A stretch of DNA of 36,746 nt, taken from the NCBI GenBank assembly GCA_001179505.1, contig CDMY01000648.1:1-36746 (forward strand), written 5' to 3'. Below the pieces are notes generated by a model that saw only the letters and a list, made by a program, of their open reading frames with translations, had not been told where the DNA came from and ran no database searches. This document shows, one piece after another, positions 11,652 through 23,927 of the stretch. Origin of the DNA: Vitrella brassicaformis CCMP3155 (Eukaryota > Protista > Chromerida). Both the position numbers and the translations under genes were made by a program. Position 1 is the stretch's first letter; every line of letters starts with the position of its first letter.

Positions 11652-12699
11652 CCTCTGGTATGACGCGTTCTTGATTGACTGGTCCAGCGGCTATTTGTGC
11701 TGTCTGGCTGTCTGCAATGGCTGGATGGATGGCTGAGGTTTAAGTTTCCGGTTTGTCGCTCTGCCTGTCTGCCTTGCCTGGGTGTGTGCCCGCCCTTGGT
11801 GACACCGGACATGTTGCCTGTCTCGCAGGACAGACAGACACACAAACACGCCGAGAGATGTGGCTGAATGATGGATGGATCGACAGTATGTGTTTATTGC
11901 TGGTGCTGGGGGGGAGGGGCTGGCCGTCGGCCGTGTCTGTGCGCTGGTGGAGTGGGAGAGCGACCCGGACGAAGGAGAGGCGCGCATGACCGTGTGCCTT
12001 CCCGATGCTTCCGAGCGCCACAACACAGCACAGCAGTGGCCAAGTAGCTAGCAATCATGCGAGAGGAGAACATGGCCACCCCATCCATTAATTTCATCAG
12101 TAAGTATGCGATCGATGTTTGTAAAGATGCGGTGGATGGATGGATGGATGTGTGGATGCGTGGACACATGTGCTGCCATCCATGGCTTACGTGGTTAATT
12201 GATGGCTGATGTGGTGCATGGTGGACCGAGTCCAATCCGTGTCTCTGTGTACGATGTCACCTGACTGCGTCACCCGTGGGTCTATCGCCAGCAGTGAGGT
12301 CCGTTGCCAGCACCTGCACACGCTGGTGGAGCCGCTCGCGGTCGTTGGCTGCTGTCGCGGCTCGTTGTCGGTTGTTGACAGCTTGACGATTTTCGCCTCG
12401 GCCAGGTCTGCCTCGTCGTACGCCTGACCTGAACGCCAAACACAATACCGAACACACGTGTGTGTGTGGAGGGGTGGTGGGGGGTGGGCAGGAAGGACGG
12501 CAGGACAGGTGCGTAATGCGTGCCTTCACAATGAGTGCAGGGAGAAAGGAACACTTGAGTAAACTTGCCCGAGTGCATGCACCAAGTTGTGTTCGTGTGC
12601 TGCTGCAAATGCCGAGGTATATACAGCTTCACCGTGCCAAAAAGGGCACACACACACACACACACACACAAAACCACTCAAACACACGATCCATCATGG

Positions 12700-13650
12700 C
12701 ATACCACCGACTGCCGCCCTCCCTCGTTATCGCCCGTCCGTCTGACGCCCTCCCTGCGCTCATCTGCTGTCGACGAGAGCACCTGCCACCCCTCCACCTC
12801 TATGACATTGCCATTCATGGACCTCGCCAGAGTGCCGCAGTCGCGCCGGTTCACATCCCCACGGTAAGCCTCTTGGAGGTGCTCGCCACCGATGTACTGA
12901 TGCATGCTCCGCACATCGTTTGTCGGCCCCCGGCAGTCGCTGAGGTCGCTCTTGATGGATGTGTGGTCTCCAGCCACCTTTATCAGCCGTCGTTCTGGCG
13001 GCACGGCGATCTTGATTGGCGTGTCGAAAGCGCCTCTGAATGAGAAGAACCAGAGGCGGCACCTGTCCTGGCCTGTGCATCTGTTGGTCCGGGGTCCTAT
13101 GTAGCAGCTGTTGGTCCTATATGAGATGAGCAGCAGCAGGGGAGACGCACTGCCGACTCGCCTGAGCATGTCCGTGACCGTAAAGCCGTCGCGACTGCCC
13201 CTGAGAGAAGAAACAAGAGAAAGAGGGGCGTCCATCTAGGCTGCTTGATGGCCCGCTGCGCATCCGCCCACCACCCCACGCACCTGTACAATAGCTTGAT
13301 GGACTGCCAATGTCCGATCCACTTGCGCAAAGCGAGCACCTTATCTAAGGCTCGGAAACTGCGAGCACACGCCAACCGACACAGATGATACCCAACACAC
13401 GTGGCGCCACGAGCCATGGATGGGGTGCCCGCATACCTTGAGTGTGGCGTCAGATGGTGTCACCTCCCTCTCGACAGCAAGGGCCTGCAGCCGCTTGTCG
13501 GTGTCGCTCTGCGCCGCCTTGACAGAGGCACCCAGGCTAGGCTGGCCAGATCCCGACGGCCGCGAGCGATTGGTGCCACTGACCGTCGAAGATCAAACGC
13601 CCAGACGTGCGAGTGACGAAGGCAGCACGATGGTGTACGTGGTGTGCTCA
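12700..13650 (-). pseudogene. TLDc-domain protein, probably frameshifted
   Basis: Exon 13358-13284 joined to the exon starting at 13200 gives LRKWIGHWQSIKLLYR|GSRDGFTVTDMLRRVGSASPLLLLI. This matches the TLDc opening motif LLYRxSRDGF. WFFSFRGAFDTPIKIAVP and GGEHL follow. An extra base near 13349 breaks the join with the upstream exon (...DATLK|FPSL-DKVL). Confidence 0.65.
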
Positions 13651-14338
13651 CCTTGTGAATGAGAAGCCCGCCGAAGAGCAGCACGGTCAGAGGGACCGTA
13701 CAGTCCAGCCAACCTCCTGCAGTACTGTACACAAACACGGCACCACACCAAGCAAATCGTCTCTCCGCCTTTCGCACCTCGCCTCACCTCTCCGTTGGGA
13801 CCATGGTCTCTCCCAGTGTTTTCCACCAGTGATTGCCTCCAGGAGCACACGTTGACACCCTTGACGGATGCCCCGACTGCGGTTCGGCACCGCAGATCTC
13901 AGCACACGACTGAACATCTGAATGACGAACGGCGGCAATACCGGGTGGGACGAAGATGCCTTCTCTCTCGCCGCTGCGAGCTTGAAACGTGATGGTAGGC
14001 TGGTTCCAGGAAGGGCAAGGGTGCTTTTTGCCATCATGTTTGAAGGCAGATCCAACAAGGAGAATGGAAAGCACGTGCATGCATTCATGACAATGACATG
14101 GATGTGGATCTATGGCACTCAATCGATCGGTGGTGTGAGCCACTCATCCCCCACTACCGACTCACTGCCCTTGTCACTCGGGCGAACCCACAGATGGCAA
14201 GCCACCGCACAGCAGTGTTTGTCTCAAAAAGCGGCAGCCGAGCATTCGGTCGGCATTGTCTCGCGCCTGTCTGTACACTGACTAGCTATTCACACTGCCA
14301 ACTATATCTCCCCCTCCTCGGTCGACGTGGATGCGCCC

Positions 14339-16901
14339 TCATTGCGAGCCCTCCTCGTCCTCCTCGTCCTCCTCCTCATCGTCCTCGACAGATGAGGGTG
14401 GTGGTGGCACTATACCCGGCAGATGTTGTTGTGGCGATGATGTTGGCGATGGTGGCGGGGGCCCTAATGACGGAGCCGCAGGCGATGATGTTGGCGATCC
14501 TGGCGGGGGTGGTGGGGGAGGGTCCCTGCAGCCCTCCCCATCGTCGAGCCTCATCTTCTCGTCATCAGCATCGCTGTCGTCCCACGGCCATATCACCATC
14601 TTGACTGTCAACTGGTGCTCACGCGGCCGGGCTGCCAGGTCCTTAACCGACGAGTCCTGCCCATCGTAGCGCTTGTAGAACATGGGCCGACGCAGCTCCA
14701 TGCCATAATCGGCCATGTCCCCGCGCACACGGCTTTGGCGGAACAGGGAATCGAGATCGCGCTCGACTTGGGAAGCGTTGCCGGGGGTGGTGAAGATGTC
14801 TGCTCGTTCGTTGAGCTTGAAGGTGGCGCGTTTGGGCCGCAGCTCGTGGACGAGGCGGAAGAGGTCCCGCAGCCGCTCGGGGACGCTCGGTAGATGCCCT
14901 CGTAGATCAGCATTCTGATGGGACTGATCTCGATGCTGAGCTCTTGCACTCTGGGGTACTGGCGGGCGGTGTTGGGTGACGGGAAGGCGACAGGGGCGGC
15001 CGCCTTGGTGGGGGGGCGGTCGAAGGAGAGCGGCTCGTCGTACCATATCTCCAACTTCTGCGACCCAAGTAAGAAGGGTTGATTCAGAGGGAGGGATGTG
15101 CCCGTGTCATGTGTCTGTACCTTGAGTGGCTTGGCGATGCCCTGCTGGATGTATGCGAGCACTTCAGAGGCCATGATGGCGTGGGCCGTGAAGTACAAGA
15201 GATTCACGTGTGTGAGGGCGGGGAGGGATGAAAGGAGGCTCGAGAGTCGGTTGGGCGTGGTGGGCGGGATGAGGTACTCGGGGTCGCACGTCGAGACACC
15301 ATCTGAGCCATTCTTGCCTTCCTGTAGGCGGAGCCTCGTCACGTTGCTGAATTGACACATACACGCGCAGAAAATGAGCCAGTCGCGTTCATCGCCCTTG
15401 TTGTTGGCCTCACTCACCTGAGTGACTTGAGCGTGGTCTCCTCAGTCAGCCATCGGGGGATCCAATCGAATGACTCGGCATCGACATCGGGGCCGTCGGT
15501 GCTGAGTTCGATGTCGAGTCTGCATGCGTTGTCGAACTGGATGCCGCTGAAATGCGGGCTGGTGGGATCGCCTGATCCAGCACCGTATCCATCCAACGAC
15601 ACTCTGTCCCCCCCTGCCGCGTGCCGTTTGATAGTCTCCACGAGCTCGAGGGTCTCGGCGGTCGGGGGGCCCTCGGTCGTCTCACCACGGCATTTTATGG
15701 ATGTCGTCCCTCCCTCCCTCACCACCTCCCATCCCAGATCCTCTTCCGCCTGAATCGTCTTCACCGAGTCTCCATCAAAGGACCACCCGGGTCGAACGGT
15801 CAAGCTACGGACGATGCGAAGGGGGCAGTCGACCTTTTGAGGTGTCGCTTCGTGGCGGCTCCCGGTGGGCAGGGCGAGGGGGACGGGGCCGCCCTTGCGC
15901 TGCTGGACGAGGCGGCCGCACCACCGCTGCTGTGTGGCGTCAGTTGCCGCAGCAGACTTACCACCCTGGGTGTCTCCTCGTTGCTTGCCCCCTCTCCCTG
16001 CAGCTTGAGGCGGCCGACGTGGCGCAGCTTCTTGAGCGATGGGAGGGCAGCAGCAGTGAGGGGCACGACGCATCTGCCATTGACGCTGCCGTAATGAGTG
16101 CAGCACAGCAGTGGGAAGATGTCCAGGTGGCTGGGGGCGGGGGATGAGCCCAGGATGAACGCCAGACTGCCATCAAATACGGCCCGCATGGATGCCGGCT
16201 TCAGCAAGGACCTTGCCGCAATTGCGACGCGGTATATCTCGAATCCAGAGCTGAGGACCTTGCCGGTGAGGCGCTCGAGTGCCGGGCAGACGAGCTTCTG
16301 CTGCTGGAAGAGATGCAGTCCGTCGAGGCTGACCGGTCAGACGAGCTTCTGCTGTGTCCACCTCAACCGACGTGACCGAGGGGAACACCGCATCGGGCCC
16401 CTTGACCTGTGCCAACGTCAGGCCGCTCGCCGCGTCCTCAGACCCTTCGTCTACATTGCCATCTGCGTCCGGCTGCTGCTTGGGTTGAGCCGTCTGGATG
16501 GCCTTGAGCGTGTCGGTGTGCTTCACCAGCTGCAGGGAGATGAAGGCGAACAGCCGCGCCCGGCCAATCTCCTCGACCTCCTCCTCCCTGGGCAGCAGGA
16601 TGATGGCGTGCTGCTGCTGCTCGAACGTCACCCGGCTGCCGCCGGGTCCCCTGCAGCTAAGGCCGTGGTTGGGGCGGTGCCAGTTGATGACGCGGATCAG
16701 CGAGTAGATGACCCAGTAGAAGGCACGACTGATGCAGCTCATCGCCAGGCGCTCCTTGACGGACTGATACGATGACACGTTGAGCCAGAGGTCAAGCCCA
16801 TCCAGAAGGCTCGTGAAAATCTTCGGCGAGGTGCGGTTGGATGAGTCATCACTCTGGGCCGGAGGGGCTGTGCGAAGGGCTTTGGCTGGCGGGCCGTCCA
16901 T
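14339..16901 (-). pseudogene. F-box/LRR-like protein of a lineage-expanded family; at least 3 frameshifts; Pro-rich, acidic C-terminus
   Basis: F-box-like N-terminus FTSLLDGLDLWLNVSSYQSVKERLAMSCISRAFY. LRR-like segments include VFPSVTSVEV, LVCPALERL, LPSLKKL, LSSLPALTHV and YPRVQELSI. Frame changes occur at 16338-16353 (16-nt insertion), ~15850 and ~14921. There is one GT-AG intron at ~15418-15349. Confidence 0.75.
16287..16354. repeat. 17-nt direct repeat CAGACGAGCTTCTGCTG with 51-nt spacing
   Basis: Copies at 16287-16303 and 16338-16354. Confidence 0.95.
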
Positions 16902-17524
16902 CGCTCACCACACACCCCAGAGATCAGCTACGCTACGCTGCGCTACAGCTTCCTGCAGATCCACGCACACATACGCACACACAGGACAGAGGATGACGCC
17001 GCATTGACGCGCCGTCTGTCGTGTTGTATCTCCCAAGCCGCTTACGGTTCGTGCGATGGAGTGCCGGCTGCATGACCCTCTCGTCCATCATTTCCCGGCG
17101 CCTCCGTGCATCATGTCACTCATGTTTGTCGGAATTTGAGGGTTGAGGGGGAGGGCTACCACAGCAACACCTTGGCGGCACCTTACCAAACAGTGCTCCT
17201 CGCAAGGAGCGTTGCTTGGCAGCCGGCGCTCCTTCTGTGCGAGCTTGAAGCCAGCAGATCTCTCCCCTTGGGTCTCTGTCTATGCTCTTTTCGTCTGTGC
17301 ACATCTATCCAATGCTGTGAGGCCAACGCCGGATGGTGCTGAAGAACGGAGAGTGGCCTTCACGCCTGCTTTCGGCGTCAAGAGGAGGACGGCGTCGATG
17401 CCATCCTCGAGGACACAGAACTTCTTGCTCACGCAAGAGTGAGCAAGCAGATCCATGTGTGCTCTTGTCACTGTGTGGTTCTCTCCGGATGCGTGTGTGC
17501 CGGTGGCTTTGCAGTGGCGGTCGT

Positions 17525-18966
17525 CGACATATCTCAGCGCCGATGGCGTCGTCGTCGTCAGGGTACGATATGTCATAGGCTGATACAAACACAGCCTTCA
17601 GCCAGCCTGTGTGTGACATTTCAGGCTGTGAGTGCGCGCAATTTAGTCCAAGATGCCCTCATTCGTCTGTCTGCAGCTGTAAGCGCAACGAGAGCACCAG
17701 GACAAAGCGACTTGCCTGTCTGTTGTGCGTTGTGGTTTGTGCTACCCAGTTCACCCGTCCCCGCACAGGCGTAAGGAGAAGTGGCTATCTGCAACCTTCG
17801 ACTGGCATCGCGCCTTAAGGACAGGGAACAGCTGCAGCTTACAATCGCTGGTGGGCACAGGGAGATAGACAAGGCAGACGAGGGGAGAGAGATACAGGAT
17901 GGTGTATTGCTGTAGTGATGTGCTCGGCCGCATGCAGGTTAATTCAGGCAACGGGCCTATCAGCGGCATCATGTCAATCGCTGACGGCCATGGGGACGTC
18001 AAGCCTATGCTGCAGGGGGAAAGGAAGTCACCTCTGCTCACGGCGAGCAACCCGACAAGCACCAACCATGACAAGGATGCCTCTCATACGGCGCCATTTG
18101 TGCAGCAAGCGGCTCTCGCAAGAAGATCATGCGGCGGGGCATCGGTGGGGTCAGATCCAGCTGGTGCGCAGCCATCCTGACTGGATGCAGCCCTTCCAGT
18201 CCGTCACAGAGATCCGCTGCTGGATGCCCTCCTCGATGAATCAACAAAGCATGCTGGGTTGGAGGTCAGCGGGGCGCTGGTGCAGGCTGCTGCTGGGTAC
18301 ATACTATGTCGAGAGGCTGCCGGACGCGTCAGAGGAGACTTTGCAAAGAGTGGAAGAGAGACCTGAAGGTGATGATGCACACACACATGGGCACACGCAC
18401 TCATGTGGTGCATATGTGTGCGTGCGTGCGTGCGTGTATGTGTGGTCAGGGGTTGAAGAACGATTCCCTCTCAGTACTGTTCCGCAGCGGCCTCACGGCA
18501 CCCGACCTGGTCGACAAGATCCTTGAAGGCGTCGGCATAATGCACGGCACCTACTCGACCGGCGCGCCGCCATACAAGTGCTCATGCTCACCGGAACGGA
18601 TCTGCTTCCGCGCCCCGAGTCAGAGCAGATCATCCTCAAACAGGAGATCCTCGAGATGACCTGCGCTTTCTGTGGGGAGGTGAGCCATGCCCCACACAGC
18701 ACAGCACACCACACCCCTTCTCCCTCCCTCTGTGCCTCTTGACTACTGGCCGACCGCCATGTGTGTGGTGTCTGCAGGTCTACCACATCTCATGGGATCG
18801 TGTGAGGAAGCTACTCGACATCAGCGAGCAGGAAAACGAGATATCATGGAGAGAGGAGGCCCCCCAGGCCTTCGCCGTCGTCCGAGGCGTCGTCAGCGAT
18901 AGCCTCTTCGCTGCGGCTTGCATCGCTCAACAGAGAGAGGGAGGAGCAGGGGGATGGTGCGGATGA
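17525..18966 (+). pseudogene. hslO: Hsp33 (HslO) redox chaperone homolog with introns; in-frame stop and several frameshifts
   Basis: Spliced segments appear in Hsp33 order: TYLSADGVVVVR|AVSARNLVQDALIRL; A*GEVAICNLRLASRLKDREQLQ; GNGPISGIMSIADGHGDVK; GQIQLVRSHPDWMQPFQSVTEI; AAAG/YYVERLPDASEETLQRVE; SGLTAPDLVDKIL; YKCSCSPER (18579-18587); ILEMTCAFCGE|VYHI (18662-18673). TAA at 17772-17774; frameshifts at ~18148, ~18300 and ~18610. Confidence 0.85.
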
Positions 18967-19375
18967 CACGGCGTAGGTAGAGAGATCGATGTGCGCCTGG
19001 GAATGAAGTGCGAGAGACTGTCGGTGTGGATGTGTGTCGTGTGTGCGAGGCAGGCTGGTGTTGTGTGGGGCGTGAAGAGGACCTCTTGTGTGAGTAATGA
19101 ATGAGAGACCTGGTGCGTTTCTTCATAGACCATGGTTACGGACAAGACGAGTCGAATTGCACCACACACTCACTCACACACACTCACACACACAGACAGA
19201 CAAGCCAACACTGGGGGGCAATGGCCAGCAGTTAGCAGAGACGAATTAAAGCACATCCTTCATGTGGACTCCGCTGCACCGAGACAACACATGGTGATGG
19301 AGAACCGACAGGCGAGAGTAGAGGAGCACACTTGTCTGTCTTCGTGTGGCTGTATGTGTGCAGCGCGCCTGACAG

Positions 19376-20514
19376 GACTGGGGACCCTCCAGTCACCACT
19401 ACGAGCGGCCATCGGCTCTCTCCTCCCCCTCCTGCATGTGCAATCCGTCCCCGCGTCGGCAGATGATGCGTCATGGCGGCATCTGGATCAGGACAGGGCC
19501 ACCCCCATACCCATCGCACATTGAAATGAAAGCGGTAGGGAGAGCCACCTCACCTACGGCCTGGCCTGTCCACGGATGCATTCGTTGGCTGCTGTTTGTA
19601 TGATGTCTCCAGGCAAGTCATGGCTTACTGCCATGGCTGAGGCCGCCGTGCCATCCGTCGACAGGGGACTGCGTGAGCTCTTGTGTGAGCGTCACCTCAC
19701 TGGCTGGGCGACGCCCTACCCCGTCAGGAGGCGGGCCAATCAGACGGAGGCCGTGGCTGTGCAAGAGGCAATGGACAGGTCAGCAACACGAGACAGAGAA
19801 ACCATTCCATGCGAGTGTCTTCCTTTGGTCATCTGATCTGTCAACCAAACCAGGTTTGACGAGGGTTTCCGTGAGTCTGTCGAGTCCACGGTGTCTGCCA
19901 TCAGCAGGGCCATCGCGTTGCAAAAGGAAACCACGGCACAGGACCAGGTAGGTGACAGATACACCAAACCACGCACGCACACTTGGGGCACTGATACACA
20001 CTGATATACACATACTGATACACATACACACAGTTACTGCACGAGAAGGCTAAGGAGATCATCAGGAACGGAGCGGCAGCGGCGGAGGGCCAGAAGAGAC
20101 GTCCGATGATGCGTTCAAAGACGTAAGCAGCTACACAGACACAGGAGACACACCAAGGCAACGTCGTTGCTGATTGGGTTGTGTTGTGTTGTGTGCCCAG
20201 CTGTTGATGGGCGAGTCGGCTGAGGGGGGCGGTGCGGGGCTGAAGGACACGAGAAGACAACTCGACCAAATGGTAAGAGGCGAGGCATGCACTCTCACCT
20301 GTATGTCAAATCAGTCATCTATTCCCCTGTGTCTGTCTCTTGGCTGCGTGTCTGTCGGCAGGGGAACAGCATCCCTCCTCCCTATCCCTTCCTGTCATCA
20401 TCACAAGCCGAATCTCTTGTCCCCCACAGCATCGATCAAGCCGCGGCCCAGCCGCCACCACGCACGCAGCAGAAGAGGCGCCCGTCTCTGGATGAGGCTC
20501 GTGGCTGGGCTGAG
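19376..20514 (+). CDS. Chain of exons of an unknown helical protein; may be decayed
   Basis: GT-AG bounded exons include GKSWLTAMAEAAVPSVDRGLRELLCERH...EAMDR|FDEGFRESVESTVSAISRAIALQKETTAQDQ|LLHEKAKEIIR... and LLMGESAEGGGAGLKDTRRQLDQM. No family recognised. Confidence 0.4.
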
Positions 20515-21015
20515 GTGACACACTGACAGGGGCTGGGTGGATGGATGACAGGAAGGCATACGTCCATACGTCGATTTGTTCGTGAGGCGTCTTTATCCAT
20601 CGGTGTGAGAGGTGTGTGTGTGTATGGTCAGCGACATGCATCGCCTGCGTGTGTGGGTACCTACATGTTTGATTGACGAGTGACTCGGGCGTGCAGTGCA
20701 GTCGCCATATGTGCATGTGTGTTTGTGGATTCACATATTCACGCCATACATATCATTTGTTTCATGAACACACGAAGTGATCGCCCCCCTCAGATGCCGA
20801 CCAGTTTACTCACAGGCAAGCATGGATAAACCAATGTCTGTATAAGGAAGGCATTTGTCTGTATATACATTAAACTACACGTCCATCCACCGGCTGACAC
20901 CACCACCAACTGCAACACGGACGACAGAAAAACAGACATATGAGGGGCGTGCAGCGGCCTTTTTTGCATCGTCCTGGCTGCCCTCACCGTGTTGTGTCAT
21001 CTGTGTGTCTGTCTT

Positions 21016-22467
21016 CTACGGCGCCTCTCCGGCGAGCAAGACCGGTGCGACAGGGCCCAACGACCGCCGAGCCAGGGCTGCCGCACGCTGATATCTGGAC
21101 GGGAACGGATCGCCCGGGCTGCCCACTGGCTGCTCAGTCGTTACCAGAGTGACCCTCACTGTCACATGAGAAAAGGGACAGACTGAGACTGTCTGCCTGT
21201 CTGTCCGCACTCGCAGCTCTCTCACTCACCGTTCTGACGGTCGTCAGGTCTGAAACGGAATCGGACCCAGGCTATGAAGGGGTCGTTGAATGCCGTCAGC
21301 AGATGAGTCTGATATACATTTCCATCGCCCCCTTCCGACCCCTCGACAGCTGAGCATCCGTCCAGTGGTGTGTGGGGCGACTGCGTCAGCACGCCGTCCA
21401 AATAGCCGCCCCTCACGCTACTGCACACACAGACAGACAGCGATCCACCGCCACGTCCGATGTGTGCCCCTGGAATACCTACCCATCGATGTCCATGCGC
21501 ATGGTGTGGACGGGGGGACCGCTCCAGTAGTAATGGTAGATGATCATCTCCACGATGAAGGCGCTCATCGACACCTGAGTGCACTCACTTGGGCCTGCCG
21601 TCCAGCTGCCGCCGTCCTCGGCTTCTTCGTCGAAGGAGACGGCAAACTGGACGGGCGGGTCATCGTGCTTGATGTGCTGCTGGAAGGGGTGCTGCTGCAA
21701 GGGGTGCACGGCAGTGGTGGGCAGGGGCGGGTTGAGGGTGAGGGCGAACTCAGGCTCGTCGCGGATTGCGCGGATCTCGTTGGTGGCGGGGTCGCGGAAG
21801 AGCTCGAAGGTACCGTCCTGCTAGCCATTGGCACGACGGAAGGCCACGTGCCGACTGACGATCATCCACTGGGCTGTCACACGGGGCATCGACAAATAGG
21901 CCTGACACACAGGAGCACACGACGATGGATGCACCGCACCTTATTCTCCCCCTGTTGTGTGAGGTGAGATGCTCCCTTACCGTCTTGGTGTCGTGCTTCT
22001 GCAGGTCAACAGCGTCGATGGTGATGGGCAGTTGGCAGTAGCCACACTGACCCGCCACCCGCAGCCCCTTTCCCACCTCTCCCCAGCTGCCGCCCTCCTC
22101 CATCAGCCACAGCGCCTCCATCTCACCACCGTCGCCCAGCTGAGGCGCAAACCGCACCACGCCCGTCAGACCCGCCTTGTCCACGGCGACGGTCAGTCGG
22201 CGACGAAGGGCCATCTTGACGTGATCGTTGACGAGTCGTGCAGTCGTCTTGAGGCGGCCGACAGACTGCAGGTCTGTCGATGTCTGCAGACGAGCCATGG
22301 CGTCGGCCGAGAGGTCATCTAACTTGGCCTGACCATAGCAGACAGAAACAGCGCATCCGCTCAAAATTGTATCGGTTGGTATGCTCACTGACCGATGCAT
22401 CAGTGCGTGACTGAGGGAAGGTGGCCGCCTTGACGAGGGCCTTGAGCGAGGCCCTCAACTTGGCGTA
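21016..22467 (-). pseudogene. Member of a second lineage-expanded hypothetical family; premature TAG
   Basis: Exons read YAKLRASLKAL..|AKLDDLSADAMARL...LWLMEEGGSWGE...GQCGYCQLPITIDAVDL..|GRHVAFRRANG*QDGTFELF...IRAIRDEPEF...HDDPPV..|GGYLDGVLTQSPHTPLDGC..|VTLVTTEQPVG...LARRSLGPVAPVLLAGEAP*. The TAG is at 21823-21821. Confidence 0.65.
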
Positions 22468-23135
22468 CTGATGCAACGCAGCTATCATGTGGAGTGAACA
22501 ATCCTGCAGCCATGCATTAATGACACACACATCCATACAAACAGACAGACAGACGTCGTTAACGCCACCGGTGGCGTGCGAATTCTCTTCTCGTTGTCCC
22601 AATGTCGGGCAGTGAGTGCTCTCTTCTGGAGGACATACGTGCGATGAGAGATCTACTGCGTCCAGTGCGGACAAGCGGTACATCAGGCAGCTGATCTGCA
22701 AGGAGCGACACACACGAGGAGAGAAGAGGAAGGCATCGTTTGGCTGTCAGTGCGTCAGTCCCATGTACCTCCGAGTGTTCCTGCTCCAGACCAGACATGC
22801 TGATGGCCGTCTGCGGCAAATCCACGGGGAATTGCTGCGCCATCCGGGTCACGTGAAACGTTTCTGAGTTGATCTTTTTGAGTTTTTGATTTGAATTCGG
22901 ACCTCAAAGATGCCGCCGTTCGTCACCGTGATGGCCTTTTCGCTGCGAATCTTGACGGTGAATGGTGAAGATTCGCCGTCATTTCGTGGGCTGTCGTGGC
23001 GAGGTTGACTACAGCAGCAAGGGGCTCAACTGGTCCGAGGGTGAATGTGGAAGCGACCTGGTGAAAACACACACCCGAAGGTCGGATGGATGAATGGATG
23101 GATGGAACGATGGGTGGATTTTCATGTTTGTGTTG

Positions 23136-23927
23136 AGGGGGCGGGGCGTCACGTGGGCGTACGGCACCGCTGCCGGCGATGAGGGAGGGGTCACAGTGGC
23201 GCGAGCGTGTGTTCCACGGCAAGGGCATCGAGTGCTACGGAGAAGACGGTGGCATTTGGTCAACGAGGAAGAGTACGAGGGCCAGTGGAGCAAGGGAAGG
23301 CGCAACGGAGTCGGCATCGCCTATTTTCCTGACGGCAACCCTCACTTCAAGTGCCAGCGGAAGGACGACGAGATCGGCGAGAGAGAGGAGGTCATCGAAC
23401 ACTCCCACAACGTGAGCGAGACACGGATTCCCGGATGCCGCTCCTTTCAATGTCAATGTCCTGTTCTCAATGCAGGGCAACGTCAAATACAAAAGAGGCT
23501 TTCTTGATGGGCTGAGACACGGACACGGCACCGAATACGGTCTCTCGCTCTGACTCAAGAAGACGTGGGAGGAACGCATGTGTGTCCCACAGTGTGTGTC
23601 TCTCTCCAGATGATTACTACGGTCCTCGTCCAGAGCTGGGCGGCCGTGGCTTCGCCCACCACAAGGCGTATGAAGGGCATGGTCCAAGGGCGAGAAAGAG
23701 GGCCAGGGCACAATGTTCTACGAGGACGGATGCGAGATCCCACCATCCTGCCGCCGCCAACACACATGAGTCCATCTCTCTCTTCTGTGCCCGCAAATGC
23801 CAAGGAGAGTGGGCGAACGGCCTGCCATGGCTACGGCATCGAGTACGACCACGAGACGGGCGGCAGAAAATTCGAGGGCGAGTGGTGTTATGAGTGGTGT
23901 TATGAGAGCCATGAGAGCCCTATCTGA
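23136..23927 (+). pseudogene. MORN-repeat protein with several frameshifts
   Basis: Repeats include FHGKGIECY, EYEGQWSKGRRNGVGIAYFPDG, GFLDGLRHGHGTEY, YEG/WSKGEKEGQGTMFYEDG and QGEWANG/CHGYGIEY...KFEGEW. Frame breaks occur at about 23255, 23678 and 23822. Confidence 0.8.

Noticed and set aside
9300-12450. Scattered exon-like pieces such as ERSDWELYLGDVKKTHEY and GQAYDEADLAEAKIVKL
   Set aside because: They could not be joined into a phase-consistent model or assigned to a family.
16098-16775. 225-aa plus-strand ORF, and similarly 21290-21967 (+) and 4572-5135 (+)
   Set aside because: Antisense shadows of minus-strand genes.
393-21823. Stop-codon reassignment or readthrough, suggested by in-frame TAA/TAG at 395, 4256, 17772 and 21821
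   Set aside because: The implied residues differ (Tyr at 4256, probably Leu at 17772). Several of these loci also have frameshifts or phase breaks. TAA and TAG serve as true stops in GH47 and the methyltransferase.
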